From Patescibacteria group bacterium (GTDB taxonomy: Bacteria > Patescibacteriota > Microgenomatia > UBA1400 > PJMF01), in assembly GCA_023382875.1 (NCBI GenBank), contig JAHDXH010000002.1, positions 5,724 to 69,723 of the forward strand: 64,000 nucleotides of DNA, in the 5' to 3' direction. The position numbers and the translations under genes were made by a program. Positions 17,899 to 27,386 of the stretch are shown here, in pieces (within the stretch, counting starts at the first letter, position 1; every line of letters begins with the position of its first letter). The notes beneath the pieces were generated by a model. That model saw only the letters and a list, made by a program, of their open reading frames with translations, searched no databases and was not told the DNA's origin.

Positions 17899-17926
17899 AG
17901 CCTCAGCTAAACACTGAGGCTTTTTG
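17899..17926. terminator. bidirectional rho-independent terminator (AGCCTCAG-loop-CTGAGGCT)
   Basis: 8-bp stem with an A-run before and T5 after; between convergent genes. Confidence 0.75.
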
Positions 17927-17939
17927 CTAATTACTTAGT

Positions 17940-20900
17940 TTATTTCTCTTCAAACAGAGATTTGCCAATTAGCTTAGCAGCTAATCCGGTTGCGATGGTA
18001 ATTCCAGCGAACCAATTATTAATTACATCTAAGCCTGAGCCTTGAGTAAAGCAGTCAGGGTTTCTGAGTAAGTAATAGAGTGGAATCATAGCCACAGTGA
18101 TAGCAATACTTGCTACAAATTTGCCTACGCCCGCATCTCTATTCAAGACTTCAACTGCTAAGAGCACTAAAAGTTGAGCCACCAATAAGATAATTGGTAA
18201 GTAACTTTCTAGGCCATTGCAGGTAGTTGCGCCAAGAACTGTACCTTCTGGTTGGTTGTTGGTTGTGTTTGATCCTTGATCAGAAGTTGTTGTGGCTTCA
18301 TCTTCATCAACTGAGGTTTGGGTGATGAATGGGGCGGTGCCGTTGGTTGTACTGGTGGTTGCGCCCAAAACAGATCCGCCTGTTGATGATTCGCTTGAGC
18401 CTGGTCCTGGACCAACTCTAAAGTCGATTTTCTTTTCGGTGAAATTGCCTGCGCTATCGACAGCTTGAACGGTAAGCGTCCAGAGGCCGTTGAATAATTT
18501 ATCGAGTTGGTGGGCAAAGTCATCTTTCCCAGTTTCTGCGTTATACTCGGTGCCATTTTCATGTCTCCAAACTACGCGATAGTGAGAAACGTCACTATCG
18601 TCGGTGGGTTTTTTCCAAGTGGCATCAGCGGTATTGCTGGTGACGTTGTCAACCTTGACCTCGAGGGGTTCACCAGCGGGGTTGGTTTTGTCATATTTAA
18701 CTTCTTTGATACCAAGTCCGGAAACATTGCCCACACTGTCAATTGATCGATAGTAAAGGATATTTTGTCCTTCGCCGGGAGTAACAAATGGACTTACGTA
18801 GGTAGTCCAACTACCGCTAGTTGAATTCCATTGATACTCAATATGATCTAAGTTGTAGTTATCACTTGCAGTCAAAGTGATGGTTGGTTTGGTATATCTG
18901 TACCAACCATTGTCACCATCTGGTGAGGTTGGGTTGATTGCCAAAGCGACCTCAGGAATTGTTTTGTCATAAACAATTCTAATGTTGTAAGTGTTTTCTA
19001 CATTGCCAGCGTTATCAACGGCATGGGAAGTAATGTTATAGATACCATTGGGAACATCAGTAAGTTGGTAATTCCAAACATTGGTGCCTGTGGCGCTAAA
19101 CATTGATTCGGTGGCCACCCAAGCAGAGGCAGTAGCATCCCAATAAGTGGTTTCACTTTCATCGGCACCAAAGTCTAGGTGAGAAATGCTAATTAAAACA
19201 TGGTTGATACCAGAGTTTAGGTCTGTTGCAGTACCTTCAATTAAGCCGGTAAATTCATTGGTTTCAATTGAACCGCCATCGGCTAGGTTATAGTTAGTGA
19301 TGATGCTGCTTGGCAAAACAGTGTCGTACTTTACATTAAGTGCATAGGCACTAGCTTCAATGTTTCCGGCAATATCAGTTCCAGAAACTTTGATGTCATA
19401 AGTACCGTTTTCGGCTGGTGACCAAAGGTAGCTAAAGTCAAAAAGTGTGGAATCAGTGTTATCTAAAGTGGTAATTTCTTGCCAGTTATTTTGACCAGCT
19501 TCGCTGTAATAGATTGTGACAAGGTCAACTCCGTTGAAGTCGTTACTTGTGCCTACAATATCGATTCCAGTGTTAGTAATAAAGTTATTAGTTGGACTAG
19601 TTAGCGTTGTTGTTGGAGTGGTCCAGTCTGCTGTAATGTCGCATGTATTAGACCAATCAGAATAGTTGCCTACGCTATCTTTAGCTCTGACTTTAATGCG
19701 GTGAAGACCCTCGTTGAGTGAACCACCGTATTGAGAATTAGCAAGGCTTGTTGACCAGACACCTCTACCTCCTCCGGGCAATGGATAGTCAATGTTGTAT
19801 TCATAAGTGACAGCACCATTGTTATCTACTGAATTAGACCAATCAACAGTAGTGTTGTGAATATTTGTAACTACTCCACAGCTTAGTGACGGATTTAAAA
19901 ATCCCAACACAGTTGGTGTTGTAGGATTTGAAATGTCGATTTTAACAGTATTAGCTGCTGTTTTAGTTGACTCAACATTTCCAGCGTTATCGATGGAGAA
20001 GTATTTGATGGTGTGAATACCATCAGTATTGAGCGTAACGCTATTTCCGGTTGCGGACGAAGTAGTTGGTTCAGATCCATCAACGGTGTAATAGGTGGTT
20101 TTGCAACCACTACCACTCACATCAGAACAGTTTAAAGTAACTGTGACTGGTGTGTTGTGCCAGTTGGCATCGGTTCCAGAGTCAGTGGTAACTGGAGGAA
20201 CCATTATGGTGGAATATTTCTGGTATGGATTGGCAGTCAATAAATTACCAGCCAAATCGTGAATATTTTGGACTCCCCAGAGTTGTTCTGGAGAAACATA
20301 CCAGTCTCCGTGAATAAAGGTAATAGTAGCGGTTTTAGATGTTTCATCGTAGGTGATAGTGGCATCACCAACCAAATCGCCACTACCGCCAGCACCTGGC
20401 CAGTTACTTAAATAGTAATTAGCTGGATTAGTGGCATCGGCAGGGTTAACAGCTTCACTAAATACAGCCTGGAAGCTTTTGAAGGCTGGACCTGTTCCAG
20501 AGAAGACTAAGTCTACACTTGGCTTAGAAGCATCATAATAATAGTGTCTCCAGTCACTCCAAGCACCTTCGTGACCATTGTTATCGAAAGCTTGAACTCT
20601 GAATTTAACACCACCTTGTTCACCGGTAGTTGGGGCATGATTTCTATAATTAACAGTTGTTTCTCGATATGGTGCACCAGAAAAGGTGTGTCCATCATCA
20701 TATTGGTATTCAATTCGATAGTGATTAATTCCTGAGGCATCAGAAGGAATTGTCCATTGGTTTAAGATAGGAGTAGTGGCGAAGTATTGGTCTTCATTTG
20801 GTGAAGTGATGATTGGTGCCTGTGGGCCCACTGTATCGAGGGTTACAGCCCAAATTTCACTCCACTCGCTATAGTTTCCAACATTATCTTTGGCTCTAAC

Positions 20901-22598
20901 CTGCCAATACCAAGTGCCATCTGGTGCACCAGAAGAATGAATCATGCTGGTGGGTAAAACTCCAGAATGCCAAAGACCGGTAGTTAAAACTCCATCAACT
21001 TGAGCAGGATTTAGTGATGATTGGAACTCATAAGTAATTGGCAAACTTGTGTCTGTAGAATCGTTCCATTCGAAGTCAAAATTGTTGGTGCTAAGTGTGG
21101 TGCTATTAGCAGGTGAAACTAAGGTCGGGGTAGTTGGGCCATCTGTGTCTGGAAGACTATCAACAAAATCATAAAAGTCTGTACCACCCATCTTTAGCGT
21201 AATACCATCGTAATAGTGTTCTTGGGTTCCGGTATTAGAATTGGATGAACCAGAAACAAGGACAATGCCCCCAATAAACCCATTGCCACCTAATCCACAT
21301 GTGACTAAATCAAGACAATGATTGGAAATATTCCAATTTCCATAATTATTCATCAAGTTTGTCCAGGAAATGTTTTGGCCATTATTGCCGTTAACTCTGA
21401 TTTGAATGCCAGTTGTTGAACTATTGAACGTTTCTTGCTCCCAAGTATTTGCAACAATGCTTGGGCTGTAAACTACAGTAGCTGTATCAAGACCTGTATT
21501 GCTGGTAATGAAGATATTGAGATAAGTATCGCTACCTGATTTTGTGTATCTATTCCATTTAACTTCTTCAATATCACTTAATTTCTTGCCTGTTGGATAG
21601 TAACCAAGGTAGGATCTGTTGGTACCGCCCCCACCTGGTCTGTTCATTTTAATAACGTCTGGACCAAAGTTAATTGGCACACCAGAGCTAGCGCTATCGG
21701 CTAATACAACATTGGCATTGCCACTTTTGGTTAATCTCCAGCCTTGCTGTGTAGCTGAAAAAATATTGCTTGGAATAATATCAGCAGGTACTACTACAAA
21801 CACCGTAAAGTGATCTAAGCCTTCGGCTTTAACTTGGTCATCGGAAACTACCTCGCTGGTAACTTCTTGAGCTTGAGCTAATTCAGATACACTTTCGGCA
21901 AAAACTACTTTTGTTTCACCTTCAATATTTTCTGGAACAGGCAAAGTTAGGTCATACTCAAAACTGCCATTTTCCATGTTAGAAGTAATGTCGTAGGCGA
22001 CGTTAGAAGCAGCACCAAGAGCTGTAACTTGTTCTTCATTTAAAAGAATTTCTTCAATCATTAAGTTGCCAACATTTTCTGGTAACTTGGTGAAAGTGAT
22101 AGTGACTTGGCTATTTTGTGGGGCGACGTAGGCCTTGCCAGTTTTCAAGTCTGTCGTTTTGAAAATGTTACCTTCTTTGAGCCAAAGTTGACCATCTTTA
22201 ATTTCAAAAGAAGCTTCGTAGCTAGTATTTTTGAAGTTTAAAGTACCTTTGGTAATTGTGTCTTTGGTACAGCTGTCATCAGTAGAACAGGTGCCAACAA
22301 AAAGATCAGTGCTAAATTTATTGTTTTCGAGATTGGTAAGTCCGGTAATTGCGTCAACTGGAGTGGTTTCATCGTTGTCGTCATAAGTAATTAAGTACTC
22401 TACAGGCTCAGCAGCTTCGCCACTCAAGGTTAGTTGATTGGATTCGCTATCGAAAGATAAAGCAACAGAATTGACACTGGTTTGAGCTTTTGCGGTTGGG
22501 ACTAAAAAGAAAAGAGGGGCTAAATTTTGGAAGAGTAAAAGGAAGATTGTAAAGAGAGCGTGAATTTGTTTTGATTTACGAGTTAAAAGCTTAAACAT
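17940..22598 (-). CDS. giant cell-surface protein (1552 aa): signal peptide, many Ig/FN3-like beta domains, Ser/Thr-rich stalk, C-terminal membrane anchor
   Basis: N-terminal signal (ends AKAQ); recurring about 90-100-aa beta-rich modules with conserved W/Y/G/N/D positions; low-complexity GSSESSTGGS..TTSTTNGT stalk; two C-terminal hydrophobic helices. Confidence 0.8.
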   Translation of the reverse strand: MFKLLTRKSKQIHALFTIFLLLFQNLAPLFFLVPTAKAQTSVNSVALSFDSESNQLTLSGEAAEPVEYLITYDDNDETTPVDAITGLTNLENNKFSTDLFVGTCSTDDSCTKDTITKGTLNFKNTSYEASFEIKDGQLWLKEGNIFKTTDLKTGKAYVAPQNSQVTITFTKLPENVGNLMIEEILLNEEQVTALGAASNVAYDITSNMENGSFEYDLTLPVPENIEGETKVVFAESVSELAQAQEVTSEVVSDDQVKAEGLDHFTVFVVVPADIIPSNIFSATQQGWRLTKSGNANVVLADSASSGVPINFGPDVIKMNRPGGGGTNRSYLGYYPTGKKLSDIEEVKWNRYTKSGSDTYLNIFITSNTGLDTATVVYSPSIVANTWEQETFNSSTTGIQIRVNGNNGQNISWTNLMNNYGNWNISNHCLDLVTCGLGGNGFIGGIVLVSGSSNSNTGTQEHYYDGITLKMGGTDFYDFVDSLPDTDGPTTPTLVSPANSTTLSTNNFDFEWNDSTDTSLPITYEFQSSLNPAQVDGVLTTGLWHSGVLPTSMIHSSGAPDGTWYWQVRAKDNVGNYSEWSEIWAVTLDTVGPQAPIITSPNEDQYFATTPILNQWTIPSDASGINHYRIEYQYDDGHTFSGAPYRETTVNYRNHAPTTGEQGGVKFRVQAFDNNGHEGAWSDWRHYYYDASKPSVDLVFSGTGPAFKSFQAVFSEAVNPADATNPANYYLSNWPGAGGSGDLVGDATITYDETSKTATITFIHGDWYVSPEQLWGVQNIHDLAGNLLTANPYQKYSTIMVPPVTTDSGTDANWHNTPVTVTLNCSDVSGSGCKTTYYTVDGSEPTTSSATGNSVTLNTDGIHTIKYFSIDNAGNVESTKTAANTVKIDISNPTTPTVLGFLNPSLSCGVVTNIHNTTVDWSNSVDNNGAVTYEYNIDYPLPGGGRGVWSTSLANSQYGGSLNEGLHRIKVRAKDSVGNYSDWSNTCDITADWTTPTTTLTSPTNNFITNTGIDIVGTSNDFNGVDLVTIYYSEAGQNNWQEITTLDNTDSTLFDFSYLWSPAENGTYDIKVSGTDIAGNIEASAYALNVKYDTVLPSSIITNYNLADGGSIETNEFTGLIEGTATDLNSGINHVLISISHLDFGADESETTYWDATASAWVATESMFSATGTNVWNYQLTDVPNGIYNITSHAVDNAGNVENTYNIRIVYDKTIPEVALAINPTSPDGDNGWYRYTKPTITLTASDNYNLDHIEYQWNSTSGSWTTYVSPFVTPGEGQNILYYRSIDSVGNVSGLGIKEVKYDKTNPAGEPLEVKVDNVTSNTADATWKKPTDDSDVSHYRVVWRHENGTEYNAETGKDDFAHQLDKLFNGLWTLTVQAVDSAGNFTEKKIDFRVGPGPGSSESSTGGSVLGATTSTTNGTAPFITQTSVDEDEATTTSDQGSNTTNNQPEGTVLGATTCNGLESYLPIILLVAQLLVLLAVEVLNRDAGVGKFVASIAITVAMIPLYYLLRNPDCFTQGSGLDVINNWFAGITIATGLAAKLIGKSLFEEK

Positions 22599-22651
22599 AG
22601 TTCAACAATAATACTACATCAAAATAGATCGAGCAAGATAGCTAAATCTGA

Positions 22652-24088
22652 TTAAATTAATTTTTTTAATTTTTGCCAAATTTCCACCATTGCCCAGGTA
22701 TCCATTTGGCAATACTCGAGTAAATCTTTTTTAATTTGTTCATGATCTAATTGAGATGAAGGGTGGCTTTTTCTTCCATAAACCATCTCAGCCCACATCA
22801 ACATGGCCACATCGCCCTTATTAATGTTTAAGTTTTCGTAGCTTAATTCCGGTACCAGAACAGGCAAAACATTTTTAATTGATGAGCTACCTCTAAATTT
22901 ATAATCAACGTAAGTAAGTTTGGAAAAAATTTCCATCAAATCAAAGGTTCTTTCGTTTAAAGAAAGTAGGCGATCTTTGAACTCTGGTTGTAACTGGGCA
23001 AGTTCTTTGTTGCGTGAGTTTTCAAAGCCTTTGTACCAAGAAATAATTGATCCCTTCTCGCCAATATGGCTAAACAAACTCTCACAAAAAGCTCGACTGG
23101 GTTCGTCAACAGTAGTATGTAAAAACTCTTTATGTAAAATTTTTCGATCGTTGGGTTTGGAAACAATATGGAGTGAATACTGGAAAACTAAGTTTTGATA
23201 AGGTTTGTAGCCATCATGCATGGGTACAGCTGGTCCAAAGGTTTCATAATCGAGAAAATAAAGTGGATATTTGAGTTGGCTGAGTTTTTGTTTGAGCTGG
23301 TTTTTTTCGATGATGGGACTATTTTTGATAAAAGACTCTAAGAACCTTCTTTGATGAGTGGTTAAGGGAAAATCTTTGGGAATAAAGCTTAAATCGCGAA
23401 TGTTTTGCGCTAATAAATCTTGATATTGAATTGATTGACGGTTGGTATCTGGGAGGTCAAAAATGGAAAACTTGGGCAAGTTATAATGACACAAATCCAA
23501 ACAAACACAACTTTTTGGGTCCAAACAGGTGTCGTTGCTTGGTGGAGTGGAGCTGGTAAGCAAATCTTTGGCTTGTTGTCTTAGTAACAAAACTTCGTCT
23601 TCATATTTTTTAATCTGCTCAGTCATGTCTTCAATGACAAAAAGTTTTTCCAAATTTAAAGCTCCTTTTCTCACATAACTATTATTAATGTGGACTAAGT
23701 AACATTTGCCAACGTTAAATTGCGATTTGGCCAACAAATATTGGAAAGTGATTTCATAGCCATGTTCTCTTTTGGCATGACTGGAGCTTTTGACTTCATA
23801 GAGATCATAAGTGTCTGTTTCAGCATTATGAATGACAACGTCGATAACAGCTTCATAATTGCCATCTTTGAGCTGTTGTTGAAATTTTAGTGAACTGCCT
23901 TTGGGATAATTGGTATTCATCTTTTCTACCAACATTTGTTCGGCCAAATCTTCAACTTTATATCCTTGTCTGCCAAGGTGTTGTAAAAAAACACTTTTTT
24001 TAACAGGGTCAAGCAATTTATTTACCTCAGCCCAAAGGTGCATAGGGCAGTCTAAATACGTTTTGAATTGCGATTTTGTCAAAGCCAT
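22652..24088 (-). CDS. PD-(D/E)xK (RecB/Cas4-like) nuclease fused to a DUF2779-like C-terminal domain
   Basis: N-terminus MALTKSQFKTYLDCPMHLW matches the S/T..S....CP..W start of the TM0106/RecB-family nucleases; the C-terminal half (YFLDYETF..PYQNLVFQYSLH) resembles DUF2779. Start moved to Met17. Confidence 0.6.
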   Translation of the reverse strand: MALTKSQFKTYLDCPMHLWAEVNKLLDPVKKSVFLQHLGRQGYKVEDLAEQMLVEKMNTNYPKGSSLKFQQQLKDGNYEAVIDVVIHNAETDTYDLYEVKSSSHAKREHGYEITFQYLLAKSQFNVGKCYLVHINNSYVRKGALNLEKLFVIEDMTEQIKKYEDEVLLLRQQAKDLLTSSTPPSNDTCLDPKSCVCLDLCHYNLPKFSIFDLPDTNRQSIQYQDLLAQNIRDLSFIPKDFPLTTHQRRFLESFIKNSPIIEKNQLKQKLSQLKYPLYFLDYETFGPAVPMHDGYKPYQNLVFQYSLHIVSKPNDRKILHKEFLHTTVDEPSRAFCESLFSHIGEKGSIISWYKGFENSRNKELAQLQPEFKDRLLSLNERTFDLMEIFSKLTYVDYKFRGSSSIKNVLPVLVPELSYENLNINKGDVAMLMWAEMVYGRKSHPSSQLDHEQIKKDLLEYCQMDTWAMVEIWQKLKKLI

Positions 24089-24269
24089 AAAAATTATTAT
24101 AGATGAAAAATTTATGTTATACTCGCCTTGATGCAATTAGCAAACAGACTTCACCAAATTTGGTATTTCACCTTCAAAGGAGGGTCTGTTTTTGTTGCAT
24201 AAAGAATAAATAAAAAGCAAAAACCAACCTCCTTAATCAGGAGGTTTTTTTATGTAAAGAAAGGAAAAA

Positions 24270-24674
24270 ATGAAAAAAATTCTTTTTGTCTGTCAAGCTA
24301 ATATTGGTCGAAGTCAAATGGCTGAAGCATTTTTCAATCACATGACTAACTCTAATCTTGCTACGAGTGCGGCTTGCGAGGATTTTAGAGAGAAATATGA
24401 TGGCAAAATTACCAGTGAAATTATTGAAACTATGGACGCAGTAGGTATTGATTTGCGAGACAAACAAATAAAGTTGTTGACACCAGAAATGGTAAAAAAA
24501 GCTGATAAGGTAGTGGTTTTGTGTGACCAAAAGTATTGCCCGGATTTTCTGCTTAATGCTGGTGAAAAACTGACGATCAAAACTCTTGAAGATCCGCACA
24601 GTAAAGATGCTCAAACAATTGCTCAAATTCGTGATCAAATAAAAAGTATCGTGAAAGATTTAATCGCATGCTAA
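24270..24674 (+). CDS. low-molecular-weight protein-tyrosine phosphatase / ArsC-like family
   Basis: LFVCQANIGRSQMAE contains the CX5R(S) P-loop. Confidence 0.8.
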   Translation: MKKILFVCQANIGRSQMAEAFFNHMTNSNLATSAACEDFREKYDGKITSEIIETMDAVGIDLRDKQIKLLTPEMVKKADKVVVLCDQKYCPDFLLNAGEKLTIKTLEDPHSKDAQTIAQIRDQIKSIVKDLIAC

Positions 24675-25765
24675 AAAAAGAAGAATTAATCAAACAATTA
24701 GATCAATTGGTCAGGTTGCCAACCTTGCCAGGTAATTTTGCCGAAAATCAAAAAGCTTTGGATTTAGTGGTGTCGTGGTTAGCAAAATCAGCACAGATTG
24801 TTCGTTTGGAAAATAAAGGTACTGAGATTTTGTTGGCTAGCAATCAGAAAACCATGACTCCAGATTTTGGTTATATGGTACACATGGATGTGGTTGCTGC
24901 GCCTGATTCAATGTTTAAGGTCAGTGTTGATGGAGATAAGTTGTTGGGCCGAGGGGTTTCAGATATGAAATTTTCTGTACCGCTAGGTGTGGCTTTGCTT
25001 AATGAGTTAATTGAACAAAAAAGTGATCTTAGTTTTACTTTATGCATTACTACTGATGAAGAAGTGGGTGGCTATGCCGGTGGTGCGTGGTTGGCTACAG
25101 AGTATGGCTGGAACCCCAGAACCTTGATTGTTCCCGATGGTGGAGACAATTTAAGATTTGTTGAAAAAGGCAAGGGTGTTTGTCAGCTTCAAGTAACTTC
25201 GACCGGTGTGGCGACGCACGCTTCCAGAGTTTGGGAGGGTAAAAATGCCATTCCGTCTTTGGCCAAACTAACTGTTGAGTTAGATAAACTTTTTGGTAAA
25301 AACAATCAAAGTGAAACTTGGAAAACTACTCTTAATTTTGGTCAATTTAATGCTGGAATTTCCGTCAATCAGGTTTGTGATTTGGCTGTTTTGAGATTGG
25401 ATTTTCGTTTTCCAGAAACCAGTTCGGTCGAAGAAATTGAAGCAATGGTAAAAAAGTTGGCTAAAGCTATCGATCCGGAATTAAAAGTTGAAAGAATGTC
25501 GACAGGTTTGCCAACTTTTACTGACATCAGTTTGCCAGTGGTTAAAGATTTCTTTGTCGCAATGGAGATGGAAGTTGGACAAAAACTTGAAACTATGGGA
25601 GCTTATGGTGCATCTGATGCCCGTCACTTCGCACACTTAAAAACTCCAGTCTTAATGCTCAAGCCAATGGGTGGAGATATCCACGCATTAACAGAATGGA
25701 TTAGTTTATCTTCAACCATGCAGTTTTATCAGGGCCTAAGAAGATTTTTTGGTCTCAAAAGTTAG
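24668..25765 (+). CDS. M20-family metallopeptidase (ArgE/DapE-like)
   Basis: GVSDMK, TTDEEVGG and HMDVV metal-ligand motifs; start overlaps the stop of the preceding gene. Confidence 0.8.
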   Translation: MLKKEELIKQLDQLVRLPTLPGNFAENQKALDLVVSWLAKSAQIVRLENKGTEILLASNQKTMTPDFGYMVHMDVVAAPDSMFKVSVDGDKLLGRGVSDMKFSVPLGVALLNELIEQKSDLSFTLCITTDEEVGGYAGGAWLATEYGWNPRTLIVPDGGDNLRFVEKGKGVCQLQVTSTGVATHASRVWEGKNAIPSLAKLTVELDKLFGKNNQSETWKTTLNFGQFNAGISVNQVCDLAVLRLDFRFPETSSVEEIEAMVKKLAKAIDPELKVERMSTGLPTFTDISLPVVKDFFVAMEMEVGQKLETMGAYGASDARHFAHLKTPVLMLKPMGGDIHALTEWISLSSTMQFYQGLRRFFGLKS

Positions 25766-25778
25766 GCTGGCGATGTGG

Positions 25779-26495
25779 TTAAAGTAGTGACAGAGTGTAG
25801 CTAAATACTTTTATTGCTTCTGAATTTATTTTTGGCGCCTGAATGGCAAAATTCTCCGGAGCTGGTGGCATGACCTGAATAGGCTCAACGCAAATAAAGT
25901 TTGCATCTGGTTGCGACCACTGGGCAAAAGCTTCATAACCTGTAATTGCCATTTTGATAATACCAACTTCTGGTATTTCAATAACGTGTTCGTTTTTGGA
26001 CCAAGAATTAAATTCAGCTTCACCAACTAGTCCAGTTTTAGAAAAAGGCAAGCCGTTAACTTTAACCTGAGATCTTTTTTCTGGTGAACAAACAAAGTAG
26101 TGATGCTCTGCGATGTTGATCGGCAAAGAAACTGGGGAGATATTTTTAATAGTAGTAGTAACTGTCAGACTCTGATCGCCAAGTAAAAATTCGCGTTGAG
26201 CTTCGATTCCGGATGGATAAATACCTGGAATTTCACTCATTTTCCAGGTCCAGCTGCTATCAGTTTCTTTGGTCCAGGTTTCTTTGCGGGCTGGGCCATG
26301 ATTGGGTAGGTTTTCAGCCAGATTAAAGTTGGGAATGCAGGGATGGGTAAAACCTTTTCCACCGTCAGGTCTAATACCAGTCCAGATTATTTGTTTACCA
26401 TTCAACCAAACTTCTCCTAAGCCACAACCAACAGGATCGACCTGACAGGTAGTACTAGGATTAGTAATCGAAGTGAGAGTAACAATTTCTGACAT
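25779..26495 (-). CDS. aldose 1-epimerase family protein (glucose-6-phosphate 1-epimerase / YeaD-like)
   Basis: HPCIPNF..HG.AR and beta-rich composition typical of the galactose-mutarotase superfamily. Confidence 0.7.
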   Translation of the reverse strand: MSEIVTLTSITNPSTTCQVDPVGCGLGEVWLNGKQIIWTGIRPDGGKGFTHPCIPNFNLAENLPNHGPARKETWTKETDSSWTWKMSEIPGIYPSGIEAQREFLLGDQSLTVTTTIKNISPVSLPINIAEHHYFVCSPEKRSQVKVNGLPFSKTGLVGEAEFNSWSKNEHVIEIPEVGIIKMAITGYEAFAQWSQPDANFICVEPIQVMPPAPENFAIQAPKINSEAIKVFSYTLSLL

Positions 26496-26532
26496 GATTT
26501 GAGATTATCACGCCAAAAGTATGATGTCTTGA

Positions 26533-26703
26533 TTAACCAATTTTGAAAAACTTCAATAAATGGTAGACCAAATAAGCTGGCCAGACCAAAGCCTTCAAAA
26601 CACCAAGTAACTTTTCGCCAAAAGTTGGTGAGGTAGTAATAAAGTAAATTAGCGCTCCGATCACGCCAAAGCCATAAACGGCATCAGAAGATTGTGTAGA
26701 CAT
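26533..26703 (-). CDS. possible small membrane protein (56 aa), absent from the ORF track
   Basis: ATG..TAA ORF with two hydrophobic helices in an otherwise unexplained 260-bp gap. Confidence 0.35.
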   Translation of the reverse strand: MSTQSSDAVYGFGVIGALIYFITTSPTFGEKLLGVLKALVWPAYLVYHLLKFFKIG

Positions 26704-26759
26704 ATCTAGATTTTACGCCTTTTCGAACAATATTTCTGTAGGTATATAATCCCGTTAAC

Positions 26760-27218
26760 ATGCCAAGTATTACTTCTAAGGAATTAGCAAAAAATTTGTT
26801 GGACCAAAGAATCATTGATATTTCGGATGGCTTTCCAGTCGTTACACCAGAAGATTATATGGATTTGGCTAGTGTTCTCTTTCATGCTGGAGTGTTTAGA
26901 GTTCCAATTGTAGGTTTTAAAACTGTCGAACAAATTACAACTTTGGCTTTGGTTAGTACTGAAATTCAAGAGCACCGAGAACTGGCAAAGATAGCTCAGC
27001 TTGATAAAACAAAGATACTTTTTACAGCTTCTCTGGAAGGTTATCCCTTTTCCGATTTTGATCCTTTTTATGCTTATTTAAAAATAATTTTGTCTAAAGG
27101 TGAGGTTTATCAGCGCGTTGGTCGTGGTTCTGACTACTTTTCACCACCTTTATCAGGCGTGGGTGTTGGGGAGTTGTCGAGAATTTTTGCCAAGATCGGC
27201 ACGCTCATGAATGTTTAA
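26760..27218 (+). CDS. hypothetical protein (152 aa)
   Basis: ORF with a TATAAT box about 25 nt upstream; no recognisable motif. Confidence 0.6.
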   Translation: MPSITSKELAKNLLDQRIIDISDGFPVVTPEDYMDLASVLFHAGVFRVPIVGFKTVEQITTLALVSTEIQEHRELAKIAQLDKTKILFTASLEGYPFSDFDPFYAYLKIILSKGEVYQRVGRGSDYFSPPLSGVGVGELSRIFAKIGTLMNV

Positions 27219-27386
27219 ATTTTTTATCCCATAATATTTATACCTCTGGTAATGGTGGAAACTTTGTGATATAATATTACCCATATATAGGGAAAAATTA
27301 ATAAATCTACCCTTATTCTTGATGAAAAGTTGCAACTTTTTCAACAGAGATTATTGCCAAAGCTTTAAAGAGAGCTGAGTTTTTTA

